Made by a program: the position numbers and the translations under genes
Assembly: GCF_000143415.4 (NCBI RefSeq)
Contig: NW_003314440.1
Location: forward strand, 1-24,069
Length of the DNA stretch: 24,069 nucleotides
DNA from: Selaginella moellendorffii
Lineage: Eukaryota > Plantae > Lycopodiophyta
Direction: 5' to 3'
Notes under the pieces: generated by a model
Told to the model about the DNA's origin: nothing
Seen by the model: only the letters and a program-made list of their open reading frames with translations
Databases searched by the model: none
In this document: positions 1-11,334 of the stretch, piece after piece
Numbering within the stretch: position 1 is the stretch's first letter
How the letters are laid out: each line of letters starts with the position of its first letter

Positions 1-198
1 TATAGTTTCCTGCTTCCGGATCTGATATCAATCTTTGATTGTCGTCTCCTGCTGCTACTTGATTTGCTGGTTTGCATCTCCTCCTGCTCCAGTACCCCAA
101 TCTAGCCATCAGCTCCTTTGCTATCAGATGCGCGATTTCTTGAATTCTGCTTTGCCATTAATGGTAAACTCATTGCAAAACACTGAAATCATCACAAC

Positions 199-2283
199 TC
201 ACACTCCACTATCCAGAACGTACTGAGTGATCCCAACTAGCCTCCGCAGGATTCTTTCATCTCGGAGCACGAGGTTCCTGGACTTCCTCCAGTTTTGATA
301 GCCAGCTTCAGGGTAAAGCTCGGATGTAGTAACGATGTATACCTTGACCCTGTGAGGAGGAATTCCAAACTTGTGCATCACCTTCAACATTGCTGCGTAC
401 TTGAGGCCATGCGCATGCCTTGCAGAACTGAGGGTCACTTGGTACACCTCCAAAACGTCTAGCCGACCGGCCAGTCGCACAATCTTCATAGCATCGATTG
501 TTTCTTCAACAGTAGACTCTGGCCAGATGATCTGATTCACAGGAGCAGCAACTGGTAAACTTTCCAGTTTTGGAACTTCGAAAGGCTGTCCGAAATTGAA
601 CACCATCTCCTGGTCATCCAGGCTTCTATCTTCATAGACTTGGCGAACCTTGAATCGCTGAACTCCGTGAGCCAGTGACTTGAATTCGTGCTGAAATACA
701 TTGCCCTTGCAACCATTTACACCGTGCGCTGCCAAACCCTTGAAGGACAGGAACAGCCGTAATGCCCCACTTGTTGACTCTTTAAGCTTCTTTCGGGCAG
801 CCTCGGACAGGTACGGAGAAGCAAACATGTACTCGTAGCTGGCGTATCCCTGTTTCACCCTCTGGTGCACTACCTTGTGGGATGGATGGTCTCCATCAGC
901 CACCTGCCTGCCCACCAATTCAACTGTCTGCTGTACGGACTGCAAACCTCTTACTACCTCATCCAAGTCTACGTGCGGCTTCTCCAGCACAAACTGAGCC
1001 GTGCCACCACATTTCTTGTACCGCTCTTTGACAACATCTAGTGTCAGCTTCTTTCTTGCTTCAAGCAAGGCAATCAACTTCGCATTCTCCACAGCAACTT
1101 CCTGAAGATGTGCGAGAGCTGGCAGTCTCGGATCAAATATCTCCTGCCAAGCCAGTGCGATCTCCGCAGCAGACCAGACCGGTAGCAAGACAAGATCTCC
1201 ACGGCCATCCTTCTCGTAATCCTGGAAGTTGAGCAGCTTGGGGATGGTGGCAAGTAATGACTTGCAGCTGAATGAAGGGACGTCAGGCATCTTGCCATCC
1301 ACCAAAAAGTAGACTTCGGGGTCGTATAGAACGGACTTGTTTCTCAGCTTCAGACACGCGTAAGCCTCGCCAGTACCCGGCGCTTCCACAGGCTGCGGTT
1401 CAAATAGGAAGAAATCTCCTCCCTTGGTCTGTAGTGCAATGGCTTTCCTCTGCTTCATTAAACTGAGCAGCATGCAGATGATAAAGCCGGTCTTGCCAAT
1501 CCCAGGCACTCCAACTAGCAGAACTGCCTTAACTCCGGCGTCCCAACGTGCCTGCACCGCCTCCTGAAGACTCACATAGCTCCGCCTCTCTAAGATCTTG
1601 GTGCCACTAGTCTTGCACCAAATCCTCTCTACGGCCCGCTTAGACCGCTTTGATGAGAACACGTACATTTTCAGCTCCAGCAGTCCTGCTATGAACAACA
1701 CTCAGACAGGAATCGTCAGAGTAATGCTCAACTTACCCGGCTGAGCAGGTTCCGGTAGATCATTATAAGCATTCTCCATCATTTCCAATTCTTCGCCTAG
1801 GTCCTGAATTCATGCGGAACATGAGAAAGAAAAAGAAAACAACAGTCTCACCTCTTCGTCTGGAGCTTGCTCAATTATTTCCTCCTCAGAATCAGGAGGA
1901 GGACCAATCGGACTGTACTGAGCAGGCAGCTCCAGGATTTCATTCTCTTGCCGCAGAGCGACGGTCACCTCCGTACACTCAAAACCCCACTCCAATGTGC
2001 AGTCGTCTTCCACTGCACAAGAAGGATGTGAACACAAAACTACAAAGGGAAGACACACCATACCAAGATCTGTGGCGTCAGGCCTCATATAGTCGCGAAG
2101 CGCAATGCAAAAGAGAGCCGAAAGGTGGGAGCGGAGAGACCTGAAGTTGACATTGGCTAGGTCATCCAGCTTATGGAACCCCGCATTCGCCAGCCTCTTG
2201 ACACCATCTTCCAGATTGCAGTGGGAAGGATACCTTGAACTGAGAAACTCATGAATGCTCTCAGACTCGCGCCTCGGAGCCAT
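199..2283 (-). CDS. Crinkler/RHS (CR)-type effector-like protein, ~644 aa: SAM-like N-terminal header, acidic linker, P-loop NTPase, C-terminal PD-(D/E)xK-like REase domain
   Basis: Predicted exons 2283-2064, 2012-1852, 1803-1737 and 1685-199 join through three GT-AG introns (51, 48, 51 nt) into an open 1935-nt frame. Walker A LLVGVPGIGKT, Walker B-like YFLVDG, LPVWS..EI, GG motif, and REase-like WPES....IDA...YQVTLS..H are typical of CR proteins. The N-terminus (VKRLANAGFHKLDDLANV..RSL) resembles a SAM-like helical header. Confidence 0.8.
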
Positions 2284-2284
2284 G

Positions 2285-2301
2285 AAACCCTAGAACCCTA
2301 A
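2285..2301. promoter_or_regulatory. Telo-box-like motifs (AAACCCTA, AACCCTAA) immediately 5' of the CR gene start codon
   Basis: aaaccctagaaccctaa abuts the ATG (cat at 2281-2283). Telo-boxes are common near plant transcription and translation starts. A similar TAGGGTTT precedes the ATG at 4466. Confidence 0.35.
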
Positions 2302-2373
2302 TTGTTACTGTCGGTAGAATCAACTAGAATATACTAGGAACTGCTTAGGAAAGTTTATAGATTATAAATGTAG

Positions 2374-2694
2374 TTTTACTTCAAGGCAACACTTTTGGAG
2401 AAAGTCTTAAAATTGCTGGATATGAACATGAAGACTATTCAAGTGTGTCGTGATTGCCTTCAAAAGGACATGAAACCTTTTGAAGTGCTCGAACGGGATC
2501 TGGTGAAGATAGAAGAGAAACTTCTCCATGCAGAACAAGTGGATGAACTTGCTGAAGAAGTTTGCACCTTGCGAAAAAGATTGGCTTGGGCTATAGTTTA
2601 TGAGACAGACAAGAAACTTGAAGAATTCCAAGCATTTGTAAGATAAGTCAAGCAGCTTATACTTCTAGCTGAAGAGGACATCAAGATGCAAACA
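2374..2694 (+). pseudogene. SMC6: Isolated SMC6 exon (start of N-terminal coiled coil) with premature stop
   Basis: Bounded by AG (2372-2373) and GTGAG (2695). Translates FYFKATLLEKV...EQVDELAEEVCTLRKRLAWAIVYETDKKL, matching plant SMC6 FFKATLLQQV...EQVEEIAQ.LQ.LKKKLAWSWVYDVDRQL. In-frame TAA at 2644-2646. Confidence 0.8.
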
Positions 2695-4465
2695 GTGAGC
2701 AGTTTGGTCTTTTATTTGTTGGATGTCTAAGGTTTTTGTGTTGCAGCAATTACTTGCACAGACATTATTTTCAATGTAATAATGATAATCAAAATGGTGT
2801 TTGCTAACTGGGACAGCATATGCTGGGCAGTCAACATAAGCATATGTTAGACCACCTTCAACTTGGAAACAAAAGCTATTGTTACCTTGAATTTCTCTTT
2901 CTTGCTACCAGCACTCAGAAAATCTTGACTCATGTCTTGAGATATAATCACACTTGGGTTTTCTGCATCAATCTACAAAAAAAAGGTGACTGTAGGAAAG
3001 TAGAAAATTTTAAAAATACAATCTTAGCTTGTGATTTCTCAAGACAGTAGCGAGGGAGAGATGAGACAGAGGCATGGAGACAAACATTGCGCTTTGTTGA
3101 TACTTGGTTAAGGAAAGCTAAAGCATTGGCAGAGAGAAACAAGAGAATTCATCCCCCCACCTCTACCTTGAGAAAGAACAAATGAAAGTTTTTTATACAC
3201 GAAGGTGTTGTCCAGCCTGGACGCCCACGTATGCAACGTAATGAGTGCATATAATCTGGTAATCCTTAAGCCAGCTGGTTCTTCTCTCTTTCTCAGGTAT
3301 TCACACTCACAATGGGCATAGCGTCCCATGGGCATAGGCATGATACTATGAATCAATGCCTAATATACTAATGCATCTAAGAATATTCCTGCAAGTCCAT
3401 GCTTTAATCCATCTTGCTAGTGCTTTGCTAGCCGCATTGCTACACGTGTTTCTTTCTGTCCATTCACCATCTTGAATACACCAACCCTAAGAAAAAATCA
3501 CCTCGAAACCATGGGTAAGACTGATGCTGTGAGCATATCTCATGAGACAGATATGACTTTCTAAGTCATCAATGCATGGCTCTGTGGAAATGAAGGCCAA
3601 GCATTAGTTGGTGATCCAAAGCTGAGACAAATGAAAATCTGCATTGGAGTGACAAAGTCTCGCCACTCTGTACAAGAGCTTTCCTTCTATAGTCAAAACT
3701 GTACCTCGAGACAGTTTTCTGAGCATCCAAAAAGGTCTTTGCACTTAGGGGTTCCATCTATAACACACGGATTTTGCCATCTATAGGTTTACAACATTGA
3801 CATTGCTCCAAGTTGCTTACCACACATAAGAGAAGCATGAGAGTATTTTCCAAGCATTGATGAGCGCTTACAATGACATGGAGGCGTGAAAGAGAGAATC
3901 ATGGCTCTACTTCCCTTAGGATATTAATATTATCTCTGAAATAACAATCTTTATAATTTTGAAGCATTGATATAAAATATATTTCTTATTAATCCGTATT
4001 CAGCTATATTTAATTTGATAACAAATTATAATGTTAATATCTATATAAAACTTATAACTAAAACTTTTGAGCAACACTTGTATTTAATCTTTTTATATTC
4101 TATCTAGTTTTATTTATAAAGTAAAAGTTTTCTTGTTTTCTATTACAACCTTTAGAGGTGGCAGTGGATATACCAAAAATATGCTTGGATATTTTAGGAT
4201 CTTCTACCATCTATCATGAGTGCCAAACTTTCTGGGCCGCCAGATCCAGCCAATTGCAGCCATCTGATGGGGGATAACTGTAAAGGGGTTATTTCTTTAA
4301 CCATGTCTTTGTTTGCTCTCGGCTAATGGGAGGCAGCCAAGTTGCATGGGGTGGGAGAGGAAGGTGCTGCTACACATGTTGCATGCAATGTGTTGACTGT
4401 AATTGTGCTAGTGGTCTATTGAGCAAATTGGTTTTGTTTTGCAATGTTTTTCTAGGGTTTATGAA

Positions 4466-4853
4466 ATGGCAAGAGAGCCCCTACTACTGCTATTGATTCA
4501 CGATCCAAATCTGAGGCACTGTGTCAATGCTGCTGGAATGAGCCACATCCTGGTACAGTTTGTATCAAGATCTAATCAATTTGTCCATGCCTTCTTTTAG
4601 CATTGTTTCAGTTCCAAGTCTGCTTTGGAAGTGGTAGAGTTAAAAAATGAAGGGTGCTTAGAAGTAAATCTATATGGCAAGACGATAGTGATTGAGTGGA
4701 GAATCACTGCTAGAAGCAACACTATTCTCTTGAAAAATCACCGAGGTTGGTTTTCTATTGTGCGAGGGATTTACTTCTTTTGTATTGTGTATTCTAGGTG
4801 AAAAACTTTCTTCAAACAAGCAGGATTTGTGTGATGGGATTGACCATCTCAGT
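4466..4853 (+). pseudogene. SMC6: SMC6 5' fragment (N-terminal head region, Walker A exons missing)
   Basis: Exons ~4601/4612-4745 and 4798-4853 (GT-AG intron 4746-4797) give VELKNEG...LYGKTIVIEWRITARSNTILLKNHR|GEKLSSNKQDLCDGIDHL, matching plant SMC6 VEMKNSG...IYG..IIIERRITES....VLKD..GKKVSNKRDEL.ELVEHF. A possible first exon at 4466-4552 (…NAAGMSHILV) is weaker. Confidence 0.7.
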
Positions 4854-4874
4854 GTCCTCTCTCATAAAGGATTC

Positions 4875-5368
4875 AATGCTCAGGATGGCTGGCAAGTTAC
4901 GTTTGAGGAGCTGGGATCTCACACACAGTCCCTTGCGCTCATGTTGCTTGGCCTTGGGCTCAAGAAAGGGGATGTCATATTTGTCGTTCTTGCGAATTGC
5001 ATAGAAATGCCCATTATAGTGCTTGCTTGCATGATGGTTGGCGCGGCAGTGAGCATGAGCAATCCTCAATACCCTGCCAATGCCATACAGTCACAGGAGC
5101 TCACTGTCGGAGCTCGATTGATGATTGTTGCAGATCACGACCCCAAAGATACCGTCGAGAGCTGCAGGAAGGCAATTGGTATGGATGTGGTCATTGTTTC
5201 GGATCTTTTTCCTGTGTCAATTGCTCATCACAGTACTTTTGCTGTGCTTGCGAGTGATAATCTTGATCTTCCTAGCGACACCGCGCTCCTACCATTCTCA
5301 TCCGGGACTACAGGTACTCCAAATGCCGCCATGTTGTTGCACCAAAACCTAGTCCACCGCATCGCAAG
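4875..5368 (+). pseudogene. 4-coumarate:CoA ligase-like / acyl-activating enzyme N-terminal fragment, truncated by a MULE terminus
   Basis: DG.QVTFEEL...LGLKKGDVIFVVLANCIEMP...GAAVSMSNPQY and the AMP-binding box DTALLPFSSGTTGTPNAAMLLHQNL (usual Lys replaced by Asn). Homology stops at the TIR at 5369 and no C-terminal half is seen in the window. Confidence 0.8.
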
Positions 5369-8300
5369 GAGCCCAAGTAGGTTTTGAGCTCCTAAGCTCA
5401 TGAGTTGAGCTCACGACTCATGATTTCTTAAATACAAGAAAAACATTGGTTTGTTCCAAACTAACATCTTTCATTTTTCAAATTTTGATTTAATCTATAT
5501 TTCCAAGTAAATTTGACCAATAAAATACAAATATAAATATAGATCCGAACACTAAAAACAATCTAAAAACACTTCTCAAGCTCTGCAATTGTAAAGCTTG
5601 CCTGGTGGATGTGATGGTCAACCTTAGGATCTTGGTTTAGTTCCTACATAAAAATGTAATAGATGTGCTTGCAGGCTAAATAAACCTTTCCCCTATTCTC
5701 CCTCTGTGTAAAATTTAGACAAGTACAGAATGAATTTTTGTAGATTCTAATAGTGTAACACGTATCCTTTAACGACTCAGTCACAACAACAAACTCCTTA
5801 GCCATGGGACTGATGCAGTTTATCCTTGTAATTATGCATTTCAACACCTTTGCCAGCTTGATCTTCTCTTATGCACCTTTTGAAATGGAAGACCTATATT
5901 GTACAGCCTTCCCATTTCTAGTTGGTCGTGTATGCCGGTCTAGTGTTGACATTGGTGGAATAGCAGTATCAATAGCACCATTTGAGGAAGTTTTCAGCTT
6001 GAAACCAGCTCTCTCCAGACTTTCAATCTCTTCTTTCAAAAGATTGCAACTTCACTCAACTGGCCACTCTTCTGGCACAGAATCTGGCTTCAAAATAATT
6101 GAGCTATGGATCCAATTTGTATGAGTAACATCAGTCCTACAATAGTAAATCCAACTTGACTAGCAGCCCTTTACCCCTAGATCTCGATAGCCTCAAAAAC
6201 ATGGTACTGCTAAAGTACTTGAACTTGAGTGCACAAATGTAAGACACTAACCTTGACTCCCAATCATTCTGGAGCAATATGCATTACTTTTGGCACTAAC
6301 TCTTCGAATTGCCTAGTTGATATGAGAAATTGGCTCACGAGCAATAATCTCTCAACCTCTGGTACTGGATTTATTTGTGTAATAATTGGCACCTCCTCCA
6401 CTCCATGTTAATTAGTTCTTCTCTGATGTCGTGGAACAAAATGGTAGTCAAACTTTGGATGGTGAGAGCTAGAAGAAGTGATGTTAGGCCCATCAAATAT
6501 TTGTCGACGCTTCATACAGGCTATCCTCATATCCCCAAGTGGTTCATAACTTGATTCCATAGGAGTTCCAGTAACAAATTCCTCCACCATCTTAGATATT
6601 GACCTATTGCTGGTGTTGTCTTTCGACCAACCCGCTCTCGAAGCTTGTCTAAGTTTGGACCTGTACCAACAAACCTTACTTCCTGTACAGCTAAAGCTTT
6701 TGATGACTACTCAAGAGATCTAATGAGGTCGGAGAGTGTAGCTTCATAGAGGGACACTTTTTCTTTCCCTGCTTCGGAAGCTCTCCAACTCCAATATTTG
6801 CTCTTAGAGAGATTAATTGTTTGTGTAAGTGCAATGTCATCAAGTGGTTGATCCTAGGAAAAATACAACATTTGAATGTGATAAGAAAAGAAAATGAGAG
6901 AAAACTTACATAGAGAATATAATAGCCCCATTGAAACATTTGAATTTTCTACTATGCAAGTCAGCACTTCATTTGTGGAAGGTGTTCAATTGACATTTTG
7001 TCTCCTTCATGCCACCATATACACATCTCATTTGCTTTTGCCTTGTGCTCTTCTTTAGTTGATGCATCCATCCATTCCCGACAAAGTTGCATAAACTTGT
7101 GATGGAAGCTAGACTTGATGCATCGGCAATATTCATTGACACTTTTTGCCCAATGAAACTCACAACTCTACTCTCTACTTTGTAATGGCTGACTTTTATC
7201 ACCTCCAAATACTGTTGTACAGCCAACTAATTAGCACCAGCAGCATCTGCCATGAAATTGTGGAAGTTGGGTTTCTTCCCAGTTCGCTGTTCAACAACCT
7301 CGGACATATATGTTTAAAAAACGGTTTGAGTTTGGAAATCTTGAACCTTGAATTCGGCTATAGCTATAGTCAAGTTGCTCTACAACCTATAGAAGGAATG
7401 GTTATAATGTAAATCGGTATGGAATCCTTAAAAAATAAAAAGCCACTTACTTGTGATCATAAACATGGGTTCCTATAGTTGACCAGCCTGAAACTCATTC
7501 TAGATCTAAGAATTAACCAAGTCCCCATTTCCATCTATATCCATTTCGTTGTACAAGGTTTACATTTAGAAAGCAAGACCAAAGGTAGACATCTTAAAGA
7601 TGAAAGGACGTTGATTGTTCGAAGTCACTTGGCCAATGAACAAGCTCCCATGAATAAATTTATAAGAACATTTTCTCTTTAGCTCCAAGATCCCATCCAA
7701 TCCAGATTAAAGCTTTCCATCTTGCCCTTCTCGCATCCAATTCTTTATTCTGCAGAAAAAAAGAGTGTTTCTAATGACAAAGTAGAGTTAAGTATTAACT
7801 TATACCTATTTAAATTTGTCACGGGTTTTATATTTCAAAGTAGGTCCTTCAAGCTATTCTTCGTGAACTCTTTTTTGCTATCAACTTGTAGCAATGTGTC
7901 CACCATATAGTCCTTTCATACAAACTGTTGAACATAATTTGGAGTTGTAGCACTTTTCTTCTCGGCCTTTGTAGTAACAATAGCCTTCAAACTGCAAAAA
8001 GAATCACGGCAGATTCCCTCCTCTATTGCGTGTTAGTGGTATTTAACATGCACTGCTACTTTGCCTAAACATCCATCCCATAGAAGAAAATAATACATTT
8101 TTGCATCATAACATGCTTGACATATAGGTGTTGCCCCGCATTTGTAACATTTAAACCTTGTAGCAACCTCATCATGCCTAGGAGGATTAATCACTGAGCC
8201 TTCAAAGAAACACATATTCTTGCCATGATCATAAATGTATTTCTTAGCAACATACTGAAGCTATCCACTATAATAGACTATAGACATAGATCCGTCAAAA

Positions 8301-9480
8301 TGAGAGAAGTGGGTCGTCTTTACTCTGCACTAATTATGTGGATCAAGACGCATCTCCATGCCCCTCTTCCTGCTTGACAAATTGGCTGGTGGAAATTCGA
8401 GGGGTATATTTCCATTATAGGAAGATGGAAGTTCCTCACCTCTCATATACTGGAACTCCTTCAATTCCAACCGTAATAATCAAGATTGCCAAAATGCTTT
8501 ATCCACTGCTTCAAAAACTAGTGCAGAAGGAACACATCTACTTGTCTGGGAAGCTATGTCTAAAAGCTCATTTTCTTCACTTTCATCATTAAAAAGAATG
8601 ACAATTTCATCCTTCAGTCCTTGCATAGTTGGCTGTGAAACTAATGCACTCTCCTCTACTCGCTTCGAAGATTTTGTAACTAGAATCTTTTGACCTGTAC
8701 ATCTATCAAGATCCAACTGAATCTCATTCTCTCCCACACCACTGTTAAAAAGAATGGATTTTTCTATCTGATTACCCTTATCCCGACATACATTCTCCAA
8801 ACTAACTAATCTCAACTTCAACTTGAATCTTCTGTGGAGGAATTTCTCTTCAATAACACTCTTAGAGAAAACAATTGGAAGTTTTTGATCGAACTTCAAG
8901 TAGAATTCTTTCATATCTTCTCCTTGCTTGAGCACTTAGAAAAAATTTGGGGAGAAACTGACAAGAAAGAACAAAGATATTCTTCTATATTGTGAGCTTT
9001 AATTATCTGTGTCCTTGCAAAGGACAAGTTAAATATTTTAAGAAAATATACAACCGTGTAGAATCTAGAGATATATGAGTATCTTAGAAACCCACCCATA
9101 TTAATTGTATAATTGATTGTGAGAGGAATAATACTGCTGAAATGAATGGGGTTATGAGTGAAAGGCACCGATTAATCACAAGAGTTATAGCATTGATAGC
9201 TTGTTCTCCTCTCGCTCATGGTGCCTCTCACTCATAACCCCATTCATTTCAACAGTATTATTACTTTCACAATCAATTATACAATTAATATCTAAAGCAT
9301 TGAATAATTGTCTCCTTGGAAAGAACATGTGAAATCTATGTTCATACTGGATTTGTGCAATAAATATATCCAAGTACTGTTAAAAAATTGATCTGTTGAT
9401 CATGACTGTTAATTTTTAGGGTTTTGCAAGAGAAAATGCTTGAATCTCACAATGTGCTTCAAGATGCTTCTCAATCAGGA
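5369..9480 (-). mobile_element. MULE-family DNA transposon, copy 1 left arm (TIR, transposase, 5' region)
   Basis: Starts gagcccaagtaggttttgagctc, the same terminus as copy 2 at 16106. 5369-~5725 aligns closely with 16106-~16455, and ~9220-9480 aligns with ~16610-16900. Contains the transposase pseudogene. Confidence 0.85.
5563..8935 (-). pseudogene. Mutator-like DDE transposase with N-terminal Cys/His Zn-binding region and C-terminal SWIM finger; many stops and frameshifts
   Basis: Manual minus-strand translation gives CYKCGATPIC...VAVHVKYH*H, RPFIFKMS...GWSTIGTHVYD, LTIAIAEF, PNFHNFMADAAGAN*LAV (second Asp, ~7245-7256), SCEFHW (CxxH, ~7150-7165), TINLSKS (catalytic Glu position apparently mutated), and SWIM YTIRI...CTCLNF...CKHIYYIF. 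Short GT-AG introns are present. The start is uncertain. Confidence 0.8.
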
Positions 9481-11334
9481 CGCTAGATGACATTAGCTTC
9501 ACTGCAATATTGAAAATTAGGGAAATGTTATTAGAGTTTGCTAGATGAGATATACATCAACATTTGTTATTGAGCCTTCCCCTTGGTATTGTCCCTAAAA
9601 ATCTTAAACACACAAATATAGTTCAAATACTTAATCTTTAAAAAACGTCAGTATTAATATTATAATACTAACTTTAAAGGTTAGTAGTTTTGCCACCAAC
9701 ACAACTTCACCATCACTTGATTCACTTGGCTGCTGAGACAAGTGAAAAGGAGAACAAAAAAACAGTTTTTATTTCTAGTGTTTTCCACCTCAAATATAAA
9801 CTTAAAAATTGATAACATATTCTTAGTATATGTTTTAAACAGCAATATAAATGAGGGAATATTCTTTACATGGCAACAATTAATATTCTCAAGTCAACAG
9901 TAGAGTCCTGTTGACTTGGCTCCCTAAATACCAAGCAGCTTGGTGACAAGTATACATAACTGGAAAGTAGAAAGACTAAAGACTGTCTGGTTAATCAAAT
10001 ATCAGTACCCAACCCCTGAAATGGTGCATGAAAGTGGAGTGATATTTCATAACTTCTTGCTGTTTAGAGTTGCCTCATCTAGCTGCTTTTAATATGGTCT
10101 TTTATATCAACAAACACACCTGTGAAAGTTGATCGTGGCCAAAAATACAAGCTGCCAAAGCGCATGACTCCAATCCTATAAACCCTAGAAAAAACTGGTG
10201 AAGAGGAAGAACAGATGCACCATGCAGCCTTTTTTTACTTACAAACTGAATTTGAATAATTGAATTCAGCATTCAATCCCAATTAGATCCTATTCAAATT
10301 CCAAATTTCAGTTTTAATACAGGCTTAATCAAAGTTTTTATGATATTAATTTATTTTTCCTAGTTATGCCTTAAATCTAATATCTTAAACACTTTAAATG
10401 TATCAAATATGACCTAGTTATGCCTTAAATGTACAGATATAAAATGTTGAAATAATCTATGGTACATGTTTTAAAATTTACTATAAAAATTACAGGTCTG
10501 AAAAATTTACAAAATTTGTATAGGGGTCTGAAATAGCATCAGAAATTCATATTCAATGGAACATATAAAAGATATTGAGTGACCCATAACGACCACAGAC
10601 TACTGGTTTTGTTTCATGCTTAATGATTTTTCTTGTTGTTAGTGGTTTCACAAGATCAATTTCAAATTTCTCAGCAGTTCCAGGGGCGAATAATCAATCA
10701 TTTTCTGAATCAGTGTGCCATCCGATTATCTGGAAAAATGCATCACATCATGTGTGCAGTGCAACATAGAAGATCTTGACCTCTTCAAGATGCTCATCAT
10801 CGCACCAATTAACCTCCCAAATTTGTGAGGCAGAAGGTGGGTACAGTGGCATTCTTCACTTCATCTTGGATGGAGCGCTGTGTACCTAGAGTCGATCCCC
10901 TGCCACACTGTGGAAATTCGGAAGATCTGCATCAATCTCGATAATATTTATCTTGGGTCTATAAGCTATAAATAATTTTATAATTATAAACTTCCATTTG
11001 TTCAATTAAATATTACTAAACAGGAATAGCCCTAATACTAAGAAAACCAAGCATTTCAATGTGTAGAAAATTTTCCCAAGTTGTTATTTAATCTTTGTAT
11101 AATTTATTTTTTATTTCTTGTTTTTAATATATATTTACAATGTTTTTCTAATTCATCAACAGTTGGAGTATAGTATGCCAACCATTGTTTTATGAAAAGA
11201 AAAATAAAAGATACAGATATAGAGAAGTTTTACAGCAATCAATAAAAAGCTAAACATTGTATGGTTTAGAAATCACTTTAACTTAACCTACATCTTAATC
11301 TAATCAGAGTTTAGCAAAGAAAATTTAAGATATC

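Noticed and set aside
199-1701. 500-aa ORF as a standalone prokaryote-style gene
   Set aside because: Its non-ATG start lies in a predicted intron; it is the last exon of a spliced gene starting at 2283.
2700-4440. Several 60-80 aa ORFs and an AT-rich tract
   Set aside because: No homology recognisable by eye; consistent with intergenic DNA.
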